Assembly: GCA_950097015.1 (NCBI GenBank)
Contig: CATNEN010000041.1
Coordinates: forward strand, 1,674,001-1,738,000
DNA: 64,000 nt
DNA from: Macrostomum hystrix
Taxonomy: Eukaryota; Animalia; Platyhelminthes
Reading direction: 5' to 3'
Below the pieces are notes generated by a model, which ran no database searches, was not told the origin of the DNA, and saw nothing but the letters and a program-made list of their open reading frames with translations. Shown piece after piece: positions 1 to 11,719 of this stretch (within the stretch, counting starts at the first letter, position 1; every line of letters begins with the position of its first letter). Made by a program: the position numbers and the translations under genes.

Positions 1-3000
1 TCTCTTTCTCACATCGCGGCTCTTGCGGTTGCGTCTGGCCGAGCGTCTGCGGTTACGTCTGACGCGTCTGTTGGAGCGTCTGCGGATGCGTCTAGCACGA
101 CGACGGTTGCTTCTTCTCTTTCTCACATCGCGGCTCTTGCGGTTGCGTCTGGCCGAGCGCCTGCGGTTACGTCTAGCACGACGAGGGTTGCTTCTTCTCT
201 TTCTGACATCGCGGCTCTTGCGATTGCGTCTGGCCGAGCGTCTGCGGTTACGTCTGGCGCGTCTGTTGGAGCGTCTGCGGTTGCGTCTAGCACGACGACG
301 GTTGCTTCTTCTCTTTCTGACATCGCGGCTCTTGCGGTTGCGTCTGGCCGAGCGCCTGCGGTTACGTCCTAGCACGACGAGGGTTGCTTCTTCTCTTTCT
401 GACATCGCGGCTCTTGCGATTGCGTCTAGCCGAGCGTCTGCGGTTACGTCTGGCGCGTCTGTTGGAGCGTCTGCGGTTGCGTCTAGCACGACGACGGTTG
501 CTTCTTCTCTTTCTGACATCGCGGCTCTTGCGGTTGCGTCTGGCCGAGCGTCTGCGGTTGCGTCTAGCACGACGACGGTTGCTTCTTCTCTTTCTCACAT
601 CGCGGCTCTTGCGGTTGCGTCTGGCCGAGCGCCTGCGGTTACGTCTAGCACGACGAGGGTTGCTTCTTCTCTTTCTGACATCGCGGCTCTTGCGATTGCG
701 TCTGGCCGAGCGTCTGCGGTTACGTCTGGCGCGTCTGTTGGAGCGTCTGCGGTTGCGTCTAGCACGACGACGGTTGCTTCTTCTCTTTCTGACATCGCGG
801 CTCTTGCGGTTGCGTCTGGCCGAGCGCCTGCGGTTACGTCTAGCACGACGAGGGTTGCTTCTTCTCTTTCTGACATCGCGGCTCTTGCGATTGCGTCTAG
901 CCGAGCGTCTGCGGTTACGTCTGGCGCGTCTGTTGGAGCGTCTGCGGTTGCGTCTAGCACGACGACGGTTGCTTCTTCTCTTTCTCACATCGCGGCTCTT
1001 GCGGTTGCGTCTGGCCGAGCGCCTGCGGTTACGTCTAGCACGACGTGGGTTGCTTCTTCTCTTTCTGACATCGCGGCTCTTGCGATTACGTCTGGCCGAG
1101 CGCCTGCGGTTACGTCTGGCGCGTCTGTTGGAGCGTCTGCGGTTGCGTCTAGCACGACGACGGTTGCTTCTTCTCTTTCTGACATCGCGGCTCTTGCGGT
1201 TGCGTCTGGCCGAGCGCCTGCGGTTACGTCTAGCGCGTCTGTTGGAGCGTCTGCGGTTGCGTCTAGCACGACGACGGTTGCTTCTTCTCTTTCTGACATC
1301 GCGGCTCTTGCGGTTTCGTCTGGCCGAGCGCCTGCGGTTACGTCTGGCGCGTCTGTTGGAGCGTCTGCTGTTGCGTCTAGCACGACGACGGTTGCTTCTT
1401 CTCTTTCTGACATCGCGTCTCTTGCGGTTGCGTCTGGCCGAGCGCCTGCGGTTACGTCTAGCACGACGACGGTTGCTTCTTCTCTTTCTGACATCGCGGC
1501 TCTTGCGGTGGCGTCTAGCCGAGCGTCTGCGGTTACGTCTGGCGCGTCTGTTGGAGCGTCTGCGGTTGCGTCTAGCACGACGACGGTTGCTTCTTCTCTT
1601 TCTGACATCGCGTCTCTTGCGGTTGCGTCTGGCCGAGCGCCTGCGGTTACGTCTAGCACGACGAGGGTTGCTTCTTCTCTTTCTGACATCGCGGCTCTTG
1701 CGATTGCGTCTAGCCGAGCGTCTGCGGTTACGTCTGGCGCGTCTGTTGGAGCGTCTGCGGTTGCGTCTAGCACGACGACGGTTGCTTCTTCTCTTTCTGA
1801 CATCGCGGCTCTTGCGGTTGCGTCTGGCCGAGCGCCTGCGGTTACGTCTAGCACGACGAGGGTTGCTTCTTCTCTTTCTGACATCGCGGCTCTTGCGATT
1901 GCGTCTAGCCGAGCGTCTGCGGTTACGTCTGGCGCGTCTGTTGGAGCGTCTGCGGTTGCGTCTAGCACGACGACGGTTGCTTCTTCTCTTTCTCACATCG
2001 CGGCTCTTGCGGTTGCGTCTGGCCGAGCGTCTGCGGTTACGTCTGGCGCGTCTGTTGGAGCGTCTGCGGTTGCGTCTAGCACGACGACGGTTGCTTCTTC
2101 TCTTTCTCACATCGCGGCTCTTGCGGTTGCGTCTGGCCGAGCGCCTGCGGTTACGTCTAGCACGACGACCGTTGCTTCTTCTCTTTCTGACATCGCGGCT
2201 CTTGCGGTTGCGTCTGGCCGAGCGTCTGCGGTTACGTCTGGCGCGTCTGTTGGAGCGTCTGCGGTTACGTCTAGCACGACGACGGTTGCTTCTTCTCTTT
2301 CTGACATCGCGGCTCTTGCGGTTGCGTCTGGCCGAGCGCCTGCGGTTACGTCTAGCACGACGAGGGTTGCTTCTTCTCTTTCTCACATCGCGGCTCTTGC
2401 GGTTGCGTCTAGCCGAGCGTCTGCGGTTACGTCTGGCGCGTCTGTTGGAGCGTCTGCGGTTGCGTCTAGCACGACGACGGTTGCTTCTTCTCTTTCTCAC
2501 ATCGCGGCTCTTGCGGTTGCGTCTGGCCGAGCGCCTGCGGTAACGTCTAGCACGACGAGGGTTGCTTCTTCTCTTTCTCACATCGCGGCTCTTGCGATTG
2601 CGTCTGGCCGAGCGTCTGCGGTTACGTCTGGCGCGTCTGTTGGAGCGTCTGCGGTTGCGTCTAGCACGACGACGGTTGCTTCTTCTCTTTCTGACATCGC
2701 GGCTCTTGCGGTTGCGTCTGGCCGAGCGTCTGCGGTTGCGTCTAGCACGACGACGGTTGCTTCTTCTCTTTCTCACATCGCGGCTCTTGCGGTTGCGTCT
2801 GGCCGAGCGTCTGCGGTTACGTCTGACGCGTCTGTTGGAGCGTCTGCGGATGCGTCTAGCACGACGACGGTTGCTTCTTCTCTTTCTCACATCGCGGCTC
2901 TTGCGGTTGCGTCTGGCCGAGCGCCTGCGGTTACGTCTAGCACGACGAGGGTTGCTTCTTCTCTTTCTGACATCGCGGCTCTTGCGATTGCGTCTAGGCC

Positions 3001-3290
3001 GAGCGTCTGCGGTTACGTCTGGCGCGTCTGTTGGAGCGTCTGCGGTTGCGTCTAGCACGACGACGGTTGCTTCTTCTCTTTCTGACATCGCGGCTCTTGC
3101 GGTTGCGTCTGGCCGAGCGCCTGCGGTTACGTCTAGCACGACGAGGGTTGCTTCTTCTCTTTCTGACATCGCGGCTCTTGCGATTGCGTCTAGCCGAGCG
3201 TCTGCGGTTACGTCTGGCGCGTCTGTTGGAGCGTCTGCGGTTGCGTCTAGCACGACGACGGTTGCTTCTTCTCTTTCTCACATCGCGGCT
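1..3290. repeat. Coding tandem array of interspersed 81-bp and 114-bp units
   Basis: tagcacgacg recurs at 370, 484, 565 (spacing 114, 81); the long unit is the short unit plus 33 bp. Confidence 0.97.
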
Positions 3291-3681
3291 TCTCTGGGCA
3301 CGTCGGTCGGATCGTCTGCCCTGACGCCTGTTTTGCCGCCGTGAGTCGCGACGACTTCGCCTGTCGTCACGTCGTCCTCGGTTTTCCCTTCTTGCGGGTC
3401 TCCCAATAAAAGAAGGTTTTATAGTCTTCTTTGCTGCCGATGCGGGTGCGGCAGTCTTGGCAGCAGCTGGTGCGGCTGGCTTCTTCAGCTTGTTTGCTGC
3501 ATTCGGAGGTGGTGCTGATAGCTGAAATTCAAATTTGGTTGTTGATAATTGTGTCTGTCTCTTTTTTGGGACGAGCACACAGAATGGCCTATCTTGTCAT
3601 GGAGCAGTTGATTATTCGTTGATGACTTACCACAAGGGTGCAGAGCACCGCTGCGCATGCAGCCAACAGAAGAAGTCTCAT
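1..3681 (-). CDS. Signal-peptide-bearing Arg-rich tandem-repeat protein, copy 1 (3' end beyond window; two apparent 1-nt insertions)
   Basis: aaacATG at 3681; exon 1 3681-3631 = MRLLLLAACAAVLCTLV; intron 3630-3522 (GTAAGT...TTTCAG, 109 bp); exon 2 from 3521 = LSAPPPNAANKLKKPAAPAAAKT... then RRNRKSRDVRKRRSN repeats. Extra bases at ~2997 (tctaggcc vs tctagcc/tctggcc) and ~369 (gtcctagc vs gtctagc) shift the frame. Confidence 0.75.
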
Positions 3682-4221
3682 GTTTGAGCTTCTCAGAGTT
3701 AACTTCAATGACTTGCATGATGGCTGGAATTCGAGTTGAATTTATGCCAAAGTTTTGCATGTTTCTTCGCAGGTGGTCGCTGTCGCACCTGTCGATTGTC
3801 AACTATTAAGCGCTGCGCTGGCATATTTGGCAAAGATTGCGACCGATCAAGTTGTTTGCTGCATTTGATCCGAAATTGTAAGAATTTTTTTATTTTTGAG
3901 CCTTCTGATTGTATTTGCTAATGTCAGTTCAGGGCCTTTTGTGAAATAATGCTGGGCTGTATCTATGCTGTTTTCAATAGTTGCTTTTTACTCAATCTTA
4001 AAGTGTTCTTCGCGAGTGTATCTGCTGGTTAAACACCCGTTAAGTCCGACAGAAGTTGCTGTTCAAATGGCAAATAGAACAGCACCCCGGAGCGCTCGCC
4101 AGCTCTACAGGGGAGCTGCTACTGGAAATGTTTGACTCCTCGCCTGCCTTTTTCGTCGAAGGGATGAACAGTCCGGTATTCAAAATTTATCACTTTGTTG
4201 TCCTTACGAATACGATGAATA

Positions 4222-4392
4222 CGTGATACGAGTACAAGAGATCTGATACGAGTACCAGAGATCTGATACGAGTACCAGAGATCTGATACGAGTACCAGAG
4301 ATCTGATACGAGTACCTGAGCTCTGATACGAATACCTGAGCTCTGATTCGAGTACTTGATACAAACGAGCTCTGACACGAACACCAGAGCTC
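4222..4392. repeat. 20-bp minisatellite (~8 copies, degenerating)
   Basis: Unit gatacgagtaccagagatct repeated. Confidence 0.9.
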
Positions 4393-4519
4393 AGCCCGCA
4401 TGTTAAAATGTCAAGGTTTATCCCGGCCTGTTAGTACAAGTGCAGCAGCTTGTAAAGTAATATAGAAATAATCAACGGCCAGTGCCACCAGGACCAAGCA
4501 CAACAATCTGACAAGTGCT

Positions 4520-6546
4520 CTAGATCAAAAGGAAGACAGGTCGGTGACTTTTATTCGAGAGCAGCTGCAGTTGAGCTGTGAGCCAAAGACCTCGAGGAGA
4601 TACTCTCAACAGCTGATGGTCTTGTGCTACATGATTTATTCAGTAGGTGCGGCAGCTTACGGGCTTCTACGTGAGCAAGAGATTCTCTGCCTGCCATCAG
4701 AGCGAACTCTGCGATCAGTCACGCGGAGAATTGGAAAGGATGGATTGGATTTTCAGAGTTACCTTCGGCTGCGAGCGTCCAAGCTGACACTGATAGAGCG
4801 AGTTGTGGTGCTGATCATTGATGAGATCTATGTAATTGATAATGTCAATTGCAGGCAAGTACAATGACATGGTGTCCATGTTTCCTGTGGCAAAGCTGAC
4901 AGCACAGAAGCTCAGTCACTGGTTCCAGGATGTCATGGATTTGCTGCGCAGCCTGCAGTTCTCCGTCATTCCAATATCCGTTGATAATGCACAAGTTAAC
5001 AGAAAGTTCGTCGCCGATTTTCTGTGCGATGGAGACTTGAAGGAGTCAATTACTGACAAGGTCACAGGGCATACTATCTTCATTGTGATCGATCCCGTGC
5101 ACAACCTCAAGAACATATACAACAACTTCTAGACACGGAAATCATTTCGCTGCCCAGCATTCCCACCAGTTTTGACAGAAGCCTGCGACGCTCACTTTTG
5201 TCACATCGGTGAGCTGTTCAATGCTGAAGCCAACAAGCCGGTGAGACTTGCTCACAAGCTCAGCCCTGCTGTGCTGAACCCTAAGAACATCGAGAAGTCG
5301 TCAGTGAAGCTGGCAGTGGCAGTATTTTGTGGTTCAACTCAAGATGCACTCAAATACTACACTGTACATGAGAATAAGAACTGGAGTGGCACCGCAAGAT
5401 TTGTCAGTGTGATTCTGAAGGTTCTGGAAAGTTCTCAACGTCAAGACAGCATCAAAGGGACTTCGAAAGCGTGACATTGCACAGGATCCAGTGCGCTCGT
5501 CGCTTGACTGGAAGCTGCAATTTCTTGATGAGTTCAGTTGCTTTCTAAAGGTGAGTCTTGAATTAACTATTATCTTTAACATTATTACCAGTTGCATATA
5601 TAAGTAAAATTATTCATGCGCAAACAATTATTTGCAGTTGTGGCAGTTCTCTGGAGAATATGGTTGTCGAAAGAGACCTTTTTGGCATGACGGATAACCT
5701 GCTGATCCATCGCTGCCTGTGCGAGACATCTGCTGGATCACGAAGGATTCTCCTAAGTACTTCTTGGCTCACTCCAGTCCGACAGCATTGAACGCCGATT
5801 CGGCTGGCTCCGTCAGATGTCCGGAGCCAACTACTTCATTTCTGCAAGGCAGCTAACTGAAAACAGTCGCAAAATTGCTGCGATCAGTCTGCTGAAGTTT
5901 TCTCAGCTGTCACTGGCCGATATTGACAATGCCATTGAGTCAATCTGCGCCAAGGATCAGCGCGTGAAGGAACTGGCGCGAGAGTTTGCAAGCAAGATGG
6001 AGATGAATATCCAGCCATTGAGCTCTGACTGCACCGTCATCTACTATATAAGTGGAGCAGTCGCAAAGAAATTCGTGCAAAGGATGCGCGGGTGCGCATC
6101 TTGCCGCGAACTTTTGCTTGGCTCTGACGATCTGCCGCCTCTTGAGACTGATGGCAGGATTCAGGCCACGGCCATCGTCTTATTGGAGGAGATCAACCGG
6201 GGTGGCCTGTCCAAGCCGTCTGATATCGCTTTTGGGCTGGCCAGACACTGCTGGCAGGTGTTCGAGGAGATCCGGCAGAGCAATGAACTGCGCAGACGGC
6301 TGCTGCATGCGCCCAGACCAGATGCAGCTGTTCTGTCACATTGTCGATGAGATGATGGATGACAGCAACTATCTGGAACATTTCATGGGTCAGACGATGT
6401 GCACGGATGGCCATGATGTGAAAGAAGGAATCGTCTGTGCATTTTTCAACTGCATGATGAAAAATCTAGTCAAGGACGTTTCGGTTGGTGGAGCTCGAAG
6501 TAAGCGAAAGTCGGCCAAACTTTCCAGTGCAAGTACAGACAAGTAA
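4520..6546 (+). mobile_element. Decayed P-element/THAP9-like DNA transposase (frameshifted)
   Basis: Motifs across successive ORFs: LPSERTL, LIIDEIY, ISVDNAQVN, IDPVHNLKNIYNN (DxxH), LNPKNIEKSSVKLA, QSDSIERRFGWLRQMSGANY (~5772-5832); probable intron 5551-5637; no TIR pair found. Confidence 0.85.
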
Positions 6547-7071
6547 CTTTCATTTGATGACAATATGACCTCTGTGAACACTCTTCTGCAAGTTCTACGT
6601 TACCATTGTCCACGTGTTTTGTTTCTTACCGATTGGTTGAAGCACACCTGCATATGCGTTAATCCATTTGAATTTGCGTTGTTGCTTCAAGGTAAACATA
6701 AATTAATAATCTGAAGAAAGGAACTAGCCAGCAAACATTACATCTCTGCATTTCCGATATTTTAATTTCCGATCTTGCATTTCCCAGTTTGACAGATTCC
6801 GTAGAAAGCAGGGGAAAAACTGGCCTCATGAGGTAATGGGTATTTCTTCGCTTCCAGTCCAGATGCTATTATATAGAAGTCCTTGGTTAAAGTAAACGGT
6901 AAAGGCGTCTAAAACAGAGCACTGACTGCGCAGACAAAGGATTTGTCCATGGCCAATTTATGTGAGAGCCATGCGAGAGAAGATACAGGCATAAATGCAA
7001 AAGAATAGTATTTACTTCACCAGTTTCAAATCGCTAAGCTTCACAACCCAAGATTACTATATAAATCTGCC

Positions 7072-9245
7072 ATGCATGCGAGAAAACCCCAAAGGGGGGC
7101 AGCTAAGCAAGCCCTGAGAAACTTGGGCCTCGACAGTGAATCCAGTGACGAAGGGTCTTTCTTCACTGCTGAGAGATTTGGAGAGGACAATAACCAAGCC
7201 GACAATAATGGGCTTCTAGAAGATGAGCCGACACTTCCGCATGACGATTGGAGGTCGGTAACAGCAGAGACTGATGCTCGTTCTAATAATCTTCCCGAAT
7301 TTTTGGGTGTGAATGGAGTTAACCCTGGATTTTCTACTCCTGATGATGTTGAAGACAGCTGGATGATGATTTTCGAGAAGTTTTTTCCGGATAATTTGCT
7401 GCTTCAGATGTGCGAGTGGACAAATAAGAGAGCACAGCTAGAGATCGCTAAGTTTCAAGATAAACATGGAGATGAGGAGCTGCCGTATGGCTTGAGATCT
7501 TGGAAGCCGTGTACTGTTTGCGAAATGAAGAAAGTAATTGCCGTTAACTTGTATACCGGAGTTGTTCAGAAGCCAGAGCTGACGTCCTACTAGTCCGTGG
7601 ATCCGTTCTACTTCCATCCGTACTTCCAGAGCATGGAGATGCTCCCTCGCTCTCGCTTCCAACAGATCATGGCGTGGCTGCGTTGCTATGACTGCCTGGA
7701 TTTCAACGACGATGATCCCTTGTATAAGATCCCTTGTATCCCTTGTATAAGATAAGAGTGTGCGGAAAATCTGCAAGAACAACAACTATACTAGCCAGGC
7801 CAAAACATTGCTGTTGATGAAGCGCTGCTCCTGTATAAGTGGCGGCTGATTTTCAAGCAGTACATATAATAATATATAATAATTGACACTAGACCCAAGG
7901 GCCAGTGCAGGTGTTGTGTGTCAAGCACACTAGCAGGTGGGGACTGCACACCTATTGTACTCCCCGGCTCTCTCGGACACCGGTTGACAGTCGCGTGTCA
8001 GCAATGGAATTTATTTTTCCAAACATATCGGCAGCATCCAAACCCCACAGAATTGCCGCACAGAACTGCTTTATTCCACGCCAGCCGGAATTATTATTAC
8101 CCGACGAAATTTCGGTACTCATTTGCAGCTGAGTAGACTGTGTGCACATCAGGGCAAAGCAGCTTGCCAAAGGCTGCACGAATAGTTCTAGACTAGGTCG
8201 GGAGTCGAACCCAGGACCATCTGATCCAGAGTCCGACACCTTACTGACTGAGCTATCCGCCCCTTACATGCAGTACATGCTCAACAAAATAGCCAAGTAT
8301 GGTATCAAGCTGTACTGTCTTGCAGAGTCCTCTACAGGATACATGTGGAACTGTCTGATACATTCAACCGCCATCGCAAATGAACAGTTTGCCAGCGATG
8401 TGCCACAGCTGTCACTCAGCGAGAGAATCGTCGTGGAGCTTTGCCACGACATTCTTGACCTCGGATATCAAGTTTTCTGTGACAGCTGGTTCTCATCTGT
8501 TATACTGGCCACGTTCCTCCTGAACCGAGGAAATACCTTAGGCTCGTAACTGGGACAGTTCGCAAAGATCGAGGCATTCCACCAATTTTGCGAGACATGC
8601 GGTACTGCAACCACCGAGCCATTCATTTGCCCGGCTTGGCGACGTCCTCGCTGTGAAACTGGTCGACAGACGAAGCTCAGGAACGAAGACCGTCTATCTA
8701 GTGAATTCAGCGTCAACGGCTGCTTGCTCTTTAGTCAGCCGAATACTGCGCGGTGGCGTAGAGCAGCAGCTTCTAAAGCCAAACTCGGTTTTGCAGTACA
8801 ATCAGCACATGGGCGGCGTCGACCGGCTGGATGCCGCAGCCCAGCGCCCTATAGCGCATGCTGCCGGACGCAGAAATGGTTCGTAAAGCTGGCTGTGTTT
8901 CTGGTGCAGCAACTGATTCGCAACTCCTGGATTGTGTACCGACACCTCGGTGAATCTCTGAGCTTTCTCAATTACACTGAAAGGTGTGTAAAACATTTGC
9001 TTGAGAGCAGTGGAAATTGTCGATCAAGAGTAAAGCGTCAGGCTCTGCCTCATCAGCAAAGCGAGATCCACCACCCTATAGAAAAGTTGCCCGCGACCGC
9101 AGCACAAGAGCGGCCCACTAAACGCGGTCGAGTCTGCTATCAGCGCGGATCGAAAAAGCGGACCGTCTACTTCTGCCAAGGCTGCGTTGGTCAACCTGGC
9201 CTGTGCATGCGACCATGTTTTTTCGCCTGGCATGTAGCCAATTAA
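7072..9245 (+). mobile_element. Decayed piggyBac (PGBD4-like) transposase, interrupted by a SINE
   Basis: FEKFFPDNLL..TN, VDEALLLYKWRLIFKQY|MLNKIAKYGIKLY (rejoined across the insert), FCDSWFSS, YNQHMGGVDRLD, C-terminal Cys-rich CYQ..FCQGC..LC..PCF..WH; stops and frameshifts. Confidence 0.9.
7866..8269 (-). mobile_element. tRNA-derived SINE (~404 bp) with 9-bp TSD
   Basis: Minus strand: A box TAGCTCAGTCAGTA (8255-8242), B box GGTTCGACTCC (8211-8201), CORE-like CCTTTGGCAAG...CAGCTGCAAATGAGTAC, (ATT)-rich tail; GCAGTACAT duplicated at 7857-7865 and 8270-8278. Confidence 0.85.
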
Positions 9246-10228
9246 TTCGGTCTGTTTGTACGAAACTGCTCGTAGACTCGTAGTTTGCCAGAAGTAAGAA
9301 GAGGCTAGGATACTTAAAAATTACAATGACGATTCCATTCAGAAACTGTACTTGCGGATACATTTCCGTTTACTTTGTTATGTTGATTTTGAATGTTAAG
9401 TTTTGTTCCCAAGTTATTTAATTTTTCATGGCATGCATAGCTTTCCATTCAGTAAACAAAGAAAAGTGCTCGTCTTGACCAAATTTTTGCGGAGTAAAAT
9501 ATATTCTATGGCCGATCTTCTAAATGAGCCATGGCATGCACTGCATGCCACTGATAATCACAAGGTTAAACCTTGGAGATGGAAGATCACGGTAAATAAA
9601 CCCTGTTGCCAAGCAACTTGGTATGCTATTGGCGTTTATAAAGGAAGCAGGATATAATTTTTCCTAAAATACGCAAATCTTGGCGAGAATTATCGTTTTA
9701 TTTGTTTCCTTGCGCCACTTTGGAGCTGCTTATGGTAAGGGACGCAAGTCTTCGATTCGGCTTCAGCCTTAAACATATTGTCGCGGTAGTTCAGTAAAAA
9801 AGGTATATTATATTATAAAGTATATTATGAAAGTATATTATGGGATTTTGCACTGACACGTTATTTTGTGACAGAGGACCCGCAGCCAGTGAGACGCAAC
9901 ACTGCCTATTCCGCTGACTCCAGAGCACGCCAGAACACATATTCCGTATCCAGGCCCACACATCTACACAGTTGTGTACATCTGCTCCGACTTTCTCATC
10001 GTCAGGCAGTGTACGCTCTCACTTTGCCTTAGAGGTTGGCCCCCCAAGGGCGCGAATTGCACGACATGCTTTCTCTCCGTGGCTGCTTCGAGCTCGAGCT
10101 CAGGGACCTTGGTGCGAGAGGCAGACGCGTTACCACAATGCCTCTTGTTGCTATGTGACATTTAAAGTTCATATTTATGCATAAAACCTGCTTATACCTG
10201 TCGCTCCATCGCAGTAACATATCCAGTC

Positions 10229-11719
10229 GTGCTAAGCAACACCACAAGCAGCGAAGTCGTCAACATTTCTGGTGTGGAGGCAGCTCCGACGTGCCTTGCC
10301 TTGTGCCAGCTGAGAGGCTGCTTGGTGGCTATTTTGAATTCCACCTCGCCCCAGTGTCAGCTGCTGCTGGTGAACGACGCATCCCGCGGCCTGGGGCCGG
10401 CCGAGACTCACGTGCGGAGACTGCTGCGCTCCGAACACGACGTGAAGCGGTGGATGGCTGACAACTTCTGGGAGCTGCTGGAAATGAGGACGTTGAGGAT
10501 CGAAGTCGAAGTGAAGAGTGAGCCACAGTAGTCAATGCTCTTGTATTTTTTGCAACTATTTACTTAAGTAATAGATACATGACATCGATTCTCTACAGGC
10601 CATTAAATTCGAGACAGGTCCATCCTGGTCGAAAGATTAGAATAGAGTAGAGTCGAGAAACATTCTAATTGAAAAAGTTTTAATTGCGATCCTAATTTCT
10701 GACTCGCAGAATGCGGCAGTGGAAGGCAGGGCTCAATACAGTCGGTGAACATTCCATGGACCAGCTGCTAGAGGCGCTATCGAAACCTAAGGCGCTTGAG
10801 GCGGCACCAACTCATTCTCGGGGTATGCCCAGTGGCAGCGGTGCCTTTGTGTCAGGAAATTTCAGCCTGGCCTCCTGAACTCAGCTGACTGTTTTGGTTG
10901 GTCAGGCTGGTGACCCATACAAAAACATTTACTGCTGCGGGGCAGTGGAGGCGGAAGCTTCGTGTACATGTCAGAGAAAAAAAGTTTTTGGTTTTTTTGA
11001 CTTTTGGTTTTGGTGAGTCGCGTTTGACTTCGCAGGCAGGCTTTAAAACTGCTTCCAGAGCCTAAATGAAGAGATTCAAATAGCTGAAGAATAATTTTTC
11101 TTCTCGAATGGGTCTGCAGAATGAGTTCTTTTATCCAAACGGAATTTCAACTTGGCGACTCAACAAAATCTGTGGGGACGTGAAAAACATCAAGTTCGGG
11201 AAAATTATTAGCATTTTTTCGCCAATCCATGTCTGGAGAAGTAGGCGTCAAGGGCAGCGGCACGCGGGAGAACGAAAATTGGCATCGCTGCAAGCAACGG
11301 ACAGTCAGGCTTCAACGACCCCAGCGACATGCCCACCTCCCATAACCACGGCGGCTGTGGTGCCAGCTGGCTGGGCAATCCAGTGCACCACAGGCGCGGA
11401 TCCGACGATGGCGACGGAGGTGGAAGCCTTGTCGTGGGATGATTCGACGGCAATAGCAACGGAGTGGTCGGCTTCGGTTTCGGCGAAGGAGGTGGATCTA
11501 CGACTCCCAACTTCCGCTGGAGCCGGCGGAAGCTTCAGTGGAGGCAGCACCGGCAACTTCGCCAGCATTCCCGGTGGCGGCGGTGGCTCCTACTGCTCCA
11601 CCCCCGGCTGCATCAGCATCAAGAGTAGCAACGACGGTCAGCATGGCCAGGTGGCCATTCGGCTGCTGGTGCCGGTTTGTGAATCTTGCGAGTTGTATGT
11701 CGAGCGAGCGAAGAGTTGA
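10229..11719 (+). pseudogene. PAN/Apple-like domain + ALK/LTK-type glycine-rich domain gene, disabled
   Basis: CLALCQLRGCLVAILNSTSPQCQLL (PAN-like); GSGAFVSGNFSL..QLTVLVGQAG, GSGGGSFVY (10820-10970); GFGFGEGGG...AGAGGSFSGG..GGGGGSYC..NDGQHGQVAI (11280-11670); in-frame stops and frameshifts. Confidence 0.6.

Noticed and set aside
6865-6890. Possible right TIR of the P-like element (TATTATATAGAAGTCCTTGG)
   Set aside because: No matching left repeat found upstream, so it cannot be supported
8190-8266. Functional tRNA gene
   Set aside because: Anticodon stem is mismatched, no acceptor-stem closure, and it is embedded in a TSD-flanked SINE body
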